Part shown: positions 53,700 to 64,000 of the stretch, piece after piece
How positions within the stretch are numbered: the first letter of the stretch is position 1
How the letters are laid out: each line of letters begins with the position of its first letter
Assembly: GCA_973895155.1 (NCBI GenBank)
Contig: OZ316894.1
Coordinates: 19,196,805-19,260,804 of the forward strand
Direction: 5' to 3'
Source: Marsupella aquatica
Lineage: Eukaryota; Plantae; Marchantiophyta
DNA: 64,000 nucleotides
Translations under genes and position numbers: made by a program
The notes under the pieces: generated by a model
What the model saw: only the letters and a program-made list of their open reading frames with translations
Databases searched by the model: none
Told to the model about the DNA's origin: nothing

Positions 53700-55140
53700 G
53701 CAGCATTGCCGACACAAAATATCCTTTAGAGGGCTACAGCGGGCCCATAGATTGCGTCATATGGGATCACTGGCGGCGCTCCAACCGGTCCTCTTTTGAT
53801 TCGAATTTTAAAGTCTTACCGCAAAGTAAAAGACCTTTCCGCTGGCGCGACCCAAAAGAAAGACTGGGCCCGACTTTCCAGCGAAACAGAAGGCCCCACT
53901 GGTCTCTTTCCTATTTGGTTGTCTCTTTTCTATTGGTGGCACAAAAGATATCTCAGGCCTATTTTATTACATCACTACTGTAGTTTGTTTTACTCTGAAC
54001 ATTTGGAGACTGTGAAGCCCCATGGACCACGAAGTTGGCTTTGAAATTTAAGTGTATCACATGTTTCAAAATAGTTTTTTACTAACTGTCCCTTAAACTA
54101 TCCAATATTATTAATTTGTCCTCCTAACAAAATTAATTATTAACTTGTCCCTCATTTTGTATTTGAATTAATATTCACTAGTATATGGATTCTTATACCC
54201 AAGTGAAATAGATGAAGGGGGGCCGAGAAATGTTGTGGTGGGCTCAGGCTATCCAGTAGCAACTTGCCACATGGTAATGGGAACGCATATACATGTTAAT
54301 ATTAATATAATACAAAATGGAGGACATGTTGATGATTAATTTTGTTTTAGGGACACCCTAACAATATTGGATAATTTGGGGGACAGGTAAAGACAAGAAT
54401 TTATTTCAAAATTTGAGTTTTATTGTAATAATTTAATATTCATAAACTCAGGTTTTTCTAAGTTTTGGAGATATGCTAGAGGAGTAAATAAGCTACTTTT
54501 CCTCAATATTTAGTGAAATTTTGGTCATTTGGGCTGGATTTTTAACATATGAAAAAGAAGGATTAATTACATTAGATTAGTTTTCATTCTGTTAATATTA
54601 AATATTTGTACTTGTGGTTTCTTTTTGTCTCCTCCTTTTCTAATTGTCTGCAGGTGCAAAAGTAAAAATTATTAGGTATTTATAACCATCAAGTCATGTC
54701 ACCATTCTCTCATAGACCACCAAAATATGATACACGGGAACATTGTGTCCAAACATTGAGTCCATCCTGACTTCAGTTTCACATTTAAGGGTACATTTAT
54801 GCTATCCAATTGACGTATGCTCTGCAGATGTTACTTTTTAACTGATAAAGTAAGAATAGTCCCCGGTAAAGGAGCATTGCAGACACAAAATTTCTTTTTG
54901 AGCCTCTATATATTATTATATCATATGGGCCCATATATTACATCCTGTGGGACCTACTGGCGGCGCTCCAGACGGTCCTCGCTTAATTAATTGGAACGGA
55001 AAGTCTTACTGCAAAGTAAAAGACCTTTTCTCGTTGTCACAACCTAAAGAAAGATTGGGCCCTACTTTGCAGCGAAAGAAAAGCGAAAGAATAGGGCGCA
55101 CTGGTCTATTTTCTATTTGGTGGCACGAAATATCACTCTT
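53700..55140. repeat. Two diverged copies of a repeat of about 260 bp (about 53700-53960 and 54871-55140)
   Basis: Shared gcattgc-gacacaaaat, ctggcggcgctcca, aaagtcttac-gcaaagtaaaagacctttt and tggtggcac motifs. Confidence 0.7.
54084..54390. mobile_element. AT-rich MITE-like foldback element with imperfect TIRs of about 90 bp
   Basis: actgtccc...tatccaatatt...acaaaattaat...cattttgtat mirrored by atacaaaatg...attaattttgtt...aatattggata...gggacag. Confidence 0.65.
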
Positions 55141-56250
55141 TTGTTTTTTTGTGAACTTTAGAGGAATACATTTATCGTATGCTATTGGAGTGTGATAAAT
55201 GCTTCGTCGTTGATAAAGAATGGGAAAAAAACAGAAAATCATATCTATCGTATTTGGAGAAGGAAAATAAATTTTTTTGGAAAAAACCAAAATTTTTTAC
55301 ACAAATGGAATCAACAAAGTACAATGAAGGGAAAAGAGGTCCAACCAGAACATACACCAAACTCATAAAAACAGACACCAAACTCATAAAAAAGATACAT
55401 GCAATAGTGAAATAGTAAGGAACTTTCTGGTATGCACCTATGCATATAGGGTAGGGATCATTGAAATCCAGTCGTGATGATAATGAGTACAGTTGCAAAA
55501 GTTTTACAATAAATATTATAGCACGTCTTCCTGAGTACACCGTCAGTTTGGGGGCTTTAGAACAACTCGGCGCCAATTCTTTCTTTCTTTTTCATTCGTA
55601 GCCATTAATATGTGGTGGGAACAAAGCCATACTTCACTTTACATGAACTTGGGGTTTCCATCCTAGTCACTATTGCTGATTCGTGCTTACTTTTTTATCA
55701 AAGACTCAAATCAAGTCTTGAGAGTGGACCAAGCAGTCCACTTCTAGTCAGGGTCTTGCATTCATTTTGAGAATGGACCATTTAATCGGTCTTGCATTTA
55801 TTATTTCCAAACTTCATACATTTTGCTCAAGCATTTTAGTTATAGTTTATGCAATGGACACTTTGCTTTCAATTGGATTGGAAAGACACTTTTTAAAAAT
55901 TTGATCTTACTCCCAGTGAACCCCAGGTATGGGGTGAACCAGCAGGCCAATTGGAAGCATAACAGCACCCAAAAGAGTAAAGGAGGCCAGAGTGCTCCAT
56001 AAAGAGAACGACGGATGGGAGGAGAGGCCTGGGCACACTTAACACCCTGGCCTGAGTCCCCAAGCAAAACCACACAACACTAAAAAGAGTACAAACAGCA
56101 GTCAACAAATTCAAGTGCTGATTAAAGCATTCCTGTACAGACTCAAAACTCCGTCCACTCTTTGCTAGCCATATATTCCAAAGAACTTGATAGGTCAAGA
56201 ATAATCTCAATGTTGGTAGGTGACTTGACCCTAACGAGTACACATTAAAG

Positions 56251-57249
56251 CAACTCCTAACAGAGGGGCAGAATTTAGGTCTTTGAGCTCCTAGCTATGG
56301 AATTTAGACTGTAGCACAGTTTTCGCGTCACTTCGACTATACTCCCGCACTCAGTTTTTTTCGGAATCCAGATTTCTCAGTTGCAATTAGCTTGCTCTTG
56401 CCGAGGCGCATCAAATCGATATAAAACACGTCCAAAACGGTGCCGTCTCGACATACTTATGGTCACATTCATTTTCGCCGTTTTTCAGTCATTTTTCTGT
56501 GATTTTCATCTTCCTTTCGACGGTCATATCTTGGTCAATCTTTCACGGATTTCAGATTTCTCAAGTGCTTTGTATAGCTCAACTCCGGGAGAATCAGATT
56601 GATCCCAAGAGTGGTCCAATTGGTTTCCTATTGCCCCGATTGGACTTTGATTAGTTCTCACGTTTTTTCTTCAATTTCCACCGTTCTCACTTTCAATTAG
56701 CTTTGGGGTCCTGTAGCAATTCCTGGTTCACAGAATCCGGCATTCTCATGTGATTTGGCCAGCTCTTGTCCGGGAGTGCAACATCTATCCCTACCGCGGT
56801 CCTTTTGGTGACATATCAATCACTTTCGGCTCCGATTACAATTCTGATTTACTCCTCCATTTTTGGTGATGGTTTCCCTTGATCAACTTTGGAGCATTCA
56901 TGTATTGCCATGTTTCTCCTCCGATTGGTGGTTGCCATTCTTCTTCAGTTCTGACAAGGTGGCTGACCCTGATATGAACGTCGAAAGAAAGACGAAAATC
57001 GCAGAAAAATGACTTAAAAACGGCAAAAATGAATGTGACCATAAGTATGTCGATACGGCACCGTTTTGGACGTGTTTTATATCGATTTGATGCGCCTCGG
57101 CAAGAGCAAGCTAATGCAACTGAGAAAACTGGATTCCGAGAAAAACTGAGTGCGGAAGGGTAGTCGAAGTGGCGCGAAAATTGTGCTACAATCTGAACTC
57201 CATAACCAGGAGCTCAAAGACCTAAATTTTGCCCCTCTGTCAGGAGTTG
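56251..57249. mobile_element. Non-coding element with long (about 285 bp) terminal inverted repeats
   Basis: 56251 to about 56537 is an imperfect reverse complement of about 56963-57249 (caactcctaacagaggggc... / ...gcccctctgtcaggagttg). Confidence 0.88.
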
Positions 57250-60200
57250 TCCAAAATCCTATCGAGGTCTCCTATTGGTCTTTACTCATGCTTTTTCCAC
57301 AGTGGACTCTTACCCTCCCTAGTCACGGTGGTCGCGTGGGTCATCGTGAGACTGCCTCTCGTATCCATCGTTTTCTGTGGGGAGATTGGGAACAGCTTCA
57401 GGAAGAGTACTTTCTTCGAGCCCGTTCCTTTACTACCCGTGTTTTGTCTGACCCAGTTCGCCACTCTCATCCTCCAGAGCATAGACGCCTTCGTCGCTCT
57501 TGTCGTTTAGCCCAGGCTGGTGAATATCGTCGTGCGGTCCAGGCCCTTTCTCCCACCACACCAACCTCCCCTGGCGAGGTCACCTTGACGGCCCTTCAGG
57601 ATCTCCATCCGCAGCCCTATGATCAGCTCCCTTTGTTCGTGAAGGATTTTGAGCCTAAGGAGGATCTTCAGTTTAGTAGGGACCACTTCACCTATGCTTT
57701 CCTCCATGCTCCGCGTTGTGCGGCTGGTGGCCCCTCTAGCTATGTCTTTGAGCATTTTCGTGATTTATTCCCCCCTGAGGATCCTTAGTCTGGTTTTGCA
57801 GTTTTCTTCTCCTTTTGCCAGTGTATTGTTGTCGGCCGTTTGCCTCCTCCCGTCTCTCGGCTTTTGAGTGCTTCTCGTTTATTGGCCATGGCTAAGTCTT
57901 CACCGGGTGTTCGGCCCATAGCTATTGGAGAGGTTTTTCTTCGTCTGGTGTCTCGCAAACTTTCATCGCAGTATCGCTCTGCACTATCGGATCATCTCTC
58001 TCCACATCAGTTTGCAGTGGATGTTCCTGGCGGTTGTGAGACAGTTATTGCGGGTATTCGTACTACCTTGGACCTCCACCCTGATTGGGTTGTCCTCTAG
58101 GTTGATGTCTCCAATGCTTTCAATACGGTTTCTCGGGCAACAATTTTTCGTGCTTTGAGGGCAACGGATCCAGACATCCAGTCCCTTATCCCCTTTGTCC
58201 GTTATTTTTATGGGTTTGAGGCCCCCCTCTTCTATAGTCATCACACCTCTATAGGAGTGTATACCACTCTTTCTTCTGCAGAAGGTACACGTCAGGGTGG
58301 CCCTTTGGGTGGGCCTCTTTTTGCCATTGCCCATTTTACTACTTTACGGGAAGCCTCCGCGGCCCACCCCCATTGTATCTTCCCCTCCCTTTCAGATGAC
58401 ACCCACATCATTGGTCCACCTGTTGTTGTTACTTCTGCCCTCGCCACCCTTTCCACCCATTTGTTGGGCCTCGGTTTACGGGTTCAGCTGGTGAAGAGTC
58501 GTGCATGAAGTCCAGTTGGGTTACCCTCTGATCTTGTGCTTCCCCCTGGGTTCTTACGTCCAGCCAACGGTCTTCGGGTCCTTGGCTCCCCAGTCGGTAC
58601 CGCCTCCTTTTGCTCATCTTTCATTGCTGACGCTCTCCAGGCTGCCTTAGCCCCTACTCCTATGCTCCCTAAGTTAGCAGACTCTCAGGCAGCATTTGGG
58701 TTGTTGTTGAGATGCATCCACCCTCGTGCGTCCTATTTGGCTCGGACACATCCCCCTACCGAGAATCTTTATCTACACCTCCGAGCGTTTGATGTCTCCA
58801 TTCGTGAGACTTTGGCCTCTCTTTTAGGGCCAAGTACTTTGCTCTCATCTCCGTGGCTTCATCGACAGCTCAGTCTTCCTATTTCTCACCGTGGTTTTGG
58901 GCTTACTTCCACTGAGCGCCTTGCACTTTTGGCCTTCTAGGAGCTTGGTCTGTGTCCTGGAATGAAGGTAACGCAGCTCGAACAGGATCGGGTAATGATG
59001 ACCGCGCCGTGCGCAAATGAACCTGAAATGGGAGGGAACCCTCCTCGACCTCCATGAGAGACGAAAGTAAAAAAGGTCGATCCTCAGTAAGGAAACAATC
59101 TACCAACAATGAGAAGGCCAAGGACCCGAAGACCGTTACCTTCATTCCAGGAGTTTTTATCCTTGGACCCCGTTTGTCTTCAGGCAGACCTTGCTGGGCG
59201 TATGCACGCTTTCACCCTCTCCAACATCCTCACCGAGGCACCTGACACAGACCAAGCTCGGATTCTTTCTTCCGGAGGGAAGGGCGCAGGAGGCTGGCTT
59301 CAGGCCAATCCAGTCATTCCTCACCTGCGGATGTCTTCAGCGGAGTTTGCGATAGCCATGCGTCTTTGTATGGGCTTGCCCCACCCACTTCTTGCTGGTT
59401 TACCTCCTACTTGCACTTGTGGGAAGCCTTGTGATGCCACAGGTGTCCATCTTCTTTGATGCAATTCGGGCGGCAAAACCATTTTTGTTCACAACGCTGT
59501 GAGAGATGCGACTGCTCAGGTTCTCTCTGGCTCTCTGGTCTGCGCGCGGCGGGAGGTGGTGCTCGAGTTGCCTGGTCCTCCATCACAGCGGTTACGGGTG
59601 GATCTTACCATGGTCTGTGAAGGTCACCGTACTTTGGCAGATGTAGTGGTGGCAAACCCATTGCGCCAAGACATCATTGGGACAGCGGCAACAACGGCAG
59701 GGGCAGCAGCATCACGAGCAGCAACAACGAAGGAGGCCAAATATGTTGCACGAGCTTCATCTGATAGCTTCCTGCCCCTTGCTCTTGAGATATTTGGGCG
59801 TCTCCATCATCAGTTCGACGGGCTTCTTCGCCAAGCTGCTCGGGATGTTCACGGCCGGATGGGTCCCACCGGGCCCCCGCTATCTGTTTTGACCACGCAC
59901 TTTCGCCAACGCATTTCAGTCACCTTACAGCGTGCTCAAGCTCGGGCCGTCTATCGTCGATCTTTGACAGAGGGTGCTAGTGTGACTCCGCGGCGGCTAG
60001 CCCCCCTAGAGGACATTCCTGTCCCACTTGCCGATCTAGTTTCGACACTTGATGTAGACCACTAGCTTGTTGCCACATTTGCTAGGTATGATGAGGACCT
60101 CGGTCCATTTGCGGTAGTTTTAGTTCCTCTTTCTTGGTTTTTAGGGGTTTCCTTTTGCTCACTTCTTTTAGTTCCTCTTTCTTGGTTTTTAGGGTTTCCT

Positions 60201-60310
60201 TTTGCTCACTTCTTTTGCGTTTGGTTTTGTCCACTTGGGACCTCTCTTGTTTATTCTTTTGTACTCTATTTGGCCTTTTTCTGTAAAAAGTATGTGTATA
60301 AAAAAAAAAA
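57250..60310 (+). mobile_element. CRE-like non-LTR retrotransposon copy 3 (longest), with internal inversion and poly(A) tail
   Basis: Extra N-terminal region (RFLWGDW, GEYRRAVQAL, LQDLHP, AAGGPSSYVFEHFR), RT and RLE, several stops, A tract at 60300-60310. Confidence 0.9.
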
Positions 60311-62359
60311 TTTAAGCAACCAGTTTGAAGTGCAATGTTTCACCGTTCAAACAACCTTGAGTAAACCTTCAACAATGGTTGGCATGTGAGCATGCAAAGA
60401 AAAGAGAAGGGATGGTCACCACTATTCCAGGGAAATACCACAACATCCATCAGATTTTTCAATACAAAGAGCCCTGGAGTCAGTACAGAGATTATTTTCC
60501 TAGCTAGTACCTCTGAAGATTTAAGGAACAGCATATGGTAAATAGGGATTGCTTGTAACACATGCTTAACAAAAAGGCTCTCCCAGTAAGAGAGAAAATT
60601 TGTGTAGACCAGGAGGATAGCGTGGTCCTCATTCTATCAAGACAAATGCAATGTTGCCAGGACACCAAGAGACCACATCCAAAGGGAGCACCAAGGTATT
60701 GTTGCACCTCACCCGGTCCACTAATCTTGCAGCCAGTGTTCCTAAGCCAAACCAAGTCATCATCCATGATGGCAAAAGAGATCACCACTTGGTTAGGTTC
60801 AGTTTAGCTCCAGTTGCCAATTCATAAGCAGCTCAAGGCATTTCTTGCCATCTCAAAGCAAATTATGTAGCAGGAATAAACATTCCTAAGTCATCTGCAA
60901 ATAATCAAATTAAAACCATATACTGAGAGATGGTGCCTGAGATGGTGCTAGTTGGAGCCCATGCGGGACTCAAACACTGTAACACCAACATTCGAACACA
61001 ATGCCTGGGCGCTGTGTAGGGGAAGACAGTAGTATACTTGAGGAACACCGGCCTTCTCATGTACAGCCTGTTGGGATGCTCTTGGGCCAGGACATATCCA
61101 TTATACGAATGATTAACTTAAGAATAACCACTTTGAAAAAGGTAAGTAACCTCTTGTAAATCTATGCTCTTGTACAGCCAACTCATAAGTTTCTACTCGT
61201 TACAAGATGTTTTTTCAGTCTCCTCTATGATTAAATCTGGATCTTGTAATGAGTGGAAAGGGCTGAGTTGCCTTTACAAGAACATACATACGGGCCTGGT
61301 ATACCAATGCTACATGACAAGCAATAGGCCAAGTAAATGGTGATGCTGAATGCCTATTTTGTCCTAGAAATTTAGACCACCTCCAATGGTGATCCAAACA
61401 TTTTTAAACTTTGACTCTTTCATTTAAGTAATTTAGTTGTGATAACTAGTAGAGACTGATAGGTCTTGGGTTCAACTATTGTGACCTACTCTTCCCTTTC
61501 TGTGGGGTTTCACAGATTTCCCCACAAAAATAAAAATAGATAATGAATAAAATTAGACTTTTTGAAGTTCATTTCAAAAGATTTACAATGTTAAAGTTCA
61601 TTCCACAAAAAACTGGTATGGACTCTATCTTTAGAATGAGAAGTGGTGGCCCTCCAATTTGTTATGGTGAAAAATATTACTCCCTTAAAAACAAGATCCA
61701 AAAGGCTAGAAACCCAATGAAGGGTAGCTTCTTGGCCAGCAGCACTTACTCCTAAACCTTACTTGAAGCTTTTAAGATCTCGAGCATTATCTCGACTGTG
61801 TACCTTTGAAATTATTGTTTGACATTGTTTGATTCAATCACAAGCTCCCATATAGAGTATTGAGGCAAACCCATAGTCCTCATTTCAAGTTCAGCAAATA
61901 GTGTATGCAAAATAACATTTTAATTTTCAAACATCAATGTCATCTCCTTGCTTTCACCACAGGGGTGAAGGACAGCTCAAAATGAAAAATCATCACCATA
62001 GCAGGTGAAGTTCAGCTCGAAATGCAAACTCCATCGAGATTTACTTTCCGCACAAAAGTGCACTTAAAATAGTTCATATTTTTTAAATCACCAAAATACT
62101 GGACCAGGGTGAGGCAGGGAGGTGTCCCCACACATATTAAGAACAAAACCAATATACACATCGTGATTTTTTGCTTCCATAACTGGTATAAACAGATTAT
62201 CCATTAAAAAGATTGGCGTGCACATCTTTGACATTTCTGTAGGTGGCTACTCAGCATATTTACTTCTTATGTACAACAGATCCCGTCCATACAATACTAG
62301 TTCATAATAATACATGTCCACTCCATTGGGCACGCTCCTGCCTAGCATCTAGGAGTGAA

Positions 62360-64000
62360 CTATCCTTTTTCATCCGGTTTAATAAACCGCACAGGCACTG
62401 CTGGGACACTATACCACCACTCTCTAGATCTTCTAATCCACCTTTCACTTGTTTCTTTCCGAAGATACATGTTCCTAGTGAATAGCTCTACAAACAGTAT
62501 GAGAAATATGAATCTGAGAGGAAGTACAGCTAGAACAAAAGAAATAATTACGATTCCTGCAATGACACCGTTGGTCATTTGAGAGTGAGGCTGTCATGAC
62601 AAAAACCAGAAAGAATGTTAGTATCACCACTGTGACACAGACTACTCCACTACACGGACTTGATTGGCAATCATGACGCTCAAACAAATTTGCAAACAAC
62701 CCACCAAGGACAAGTTGGATATAGAAGTCAGGCCATTTCAACTGGTTGGTCAGGTTTTCCCATATCAAACTCAAGGCTCGAATATGATGATATACCTGGG
62801 GAAGTACTGAGAAACAAAGAGCCCGAAACTTTAGCAGCCCAATGTTCGCTGACTGCAGAAGCGCTTCCACTTGAGCCAAGGCTTGTTGTAATGCTAAGAG
62901 CTGCTCCATAGCATTCTGTGAAGGTGGTGAAGTCACAACCACCTCAGGGAAGTCATTCCCCTCTTCACCTTTTCTTAACCAGAGCATATATCCTGTTGCT
63001 GAAAGCAATATGATAGGAACGAAGTAACAAAGCCAATTCCTGCAAAAAACAAAACGGAACTCCCCTAGTCAAACTACTCGTTCACTGTTCTTTGACACTT
63101 GCTGAGGTGTCGGTGGGAACAGACCACTGAAAACACAATACTCCTTGAAGCACATACAGATGTGACACGATACATCTCCCACGAGCCTCACCCAAACCAA
63201 CTGCAACCAAAGAATTTGGGGCAGAACAACATATAATGCTAAAAGAGGGTTATATGTAACAGCACCAGACCCTCCAAACTGTCATATTGTGACAAAAGAA
63301 GTACCCTAGCTCATTGCATCACTAGAATTATCAGCAACTTCACCATCGCACATTTAAAACCATTGCGATAGAACAGAAAGGCAATCAAGTCCCACCTGTA
63401 TATAACGTAAGCAGAAATTACAGTGAACGTTAGAGATTTGACAGGATCCTCCCAGGCTATCAAGGCTTGGATCCAGGTAGTGAAAGATACGACCGGTAGC
63501 AGCAACTCCTGCAAGATGTGAACCAATCCATAAAGATTACTCAGGGTTGCAGCTTCTCGTATGCTGTGTCTACCGGACTTACTAAGCAGGAAAGATCCCA
63601 GACTCCGCTTAAACAAGGAGTACATGGCAATATGCAAGTGACAAATCTTTTATATTCTTATTCATGTAGAATGCCACAACCTCAACCTTATACAGAACAC
63701 ACAAAAGACGAAGTTCAAGAATAATCTGAGGCGCTGACCTTCATAACTGCTATATTAGTTCCAATGCCATCGAGTTTCACCCCGTCAATAGTTGCTTTTG
63801 CAAGCTCCACCCTTTTATTATTGTCTCTAGACTGTTTGACTGCCTTCTCCAAGGCAGTTGGTTCCCCAATTAGCACCTCGCCAACTACAATCGCGTCTTC
63901 TTTTGTAATAGAACCCTTCGAAGTTGGGGACCCCAAGTTCGACAAAGTGGAGAGAGCTGTGGAGGTGTAAATTTTGCCAGTATCCTGCTTTCCAAACAAG
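62360..64000 (-). CDS. 3' exons of a plant DUF639-like membrane protein (>64000-63739, 63508-63396, 63039-62796, about 62590-62360), partial
   Basis: AKATIDGVKLDGIGTNIAVMK, ELLLP...WEDPVKS, EQLLALQQA...NIGLLKFRA, ELFTR...RRSREWWYSVPAVPV; GT-AG boundaries; last acceptor is approximate. Confidence 0.85.

Larger units (their letters stand above)
55900..60910 (-). pseudogene. Old L1-clade LINE ORF2 remnant, split by the 56255-60310 insertion
   Basis: LFADDLG (about 60883-60903), YLGAPFG, LSSWS...SLTGR, LQAIPIYHM, zf-RVT-like FACSHA (about 60380), continuing left of the insertion as VLWNIWLA. Confidence 0.7.

Noticed and set aside
57150-57249. N-terminus of ORF 57150-57788 as the CRE start
   Set aside because: The first 33 or so codons come from the TIR element; the fusion is fortuitous.

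Overview
Eukaryotic, TE-rich plant nuclear DNA, probably a liverwort. That host call is inferred from a small mitochondrial insert that matches the cox3 group II intron at position 625, which I recall from Marchantia-type mitogenomes. Host genes: an 8-exon monoacylglycerol-lipase/caffeoyl-shikimate-esterase-like alpha/beta hydrolase (minus, 35276-38094) and the 3' exons of a DUF639-type membrane protein (minus, 62360 to window end). Mobile DNA: two recent, near-identical Ty1/copia elements in opposite orientations (9405-16088 minus; 45396-51890 plus; 421-bp LTRs, 5-bp TSDs), a diverged solo LTR, three 5'-truncated CRE-like non-LTR retrotransposons (RT plus restriction-like endonuclease), an old L1 remnant, a split PIF1-helicase remnant and several MITE/TIR elements. 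Most notable: (1) both copia copies have gag and pol in the same frame, separated by one UGA that is followed by a predicted hairpin/pseudoknot, a candidate stop-codon readthrough signal; (2) a 153-bp mitochondrial group II intron domain V-VI/cox3 exon fragment inside a CRE copy; (3) an antisense LRR-like gene fragment captured in the leader of one copia; (4) a composite TIR-element plus CRE insertion with a multi-template internal inversion.
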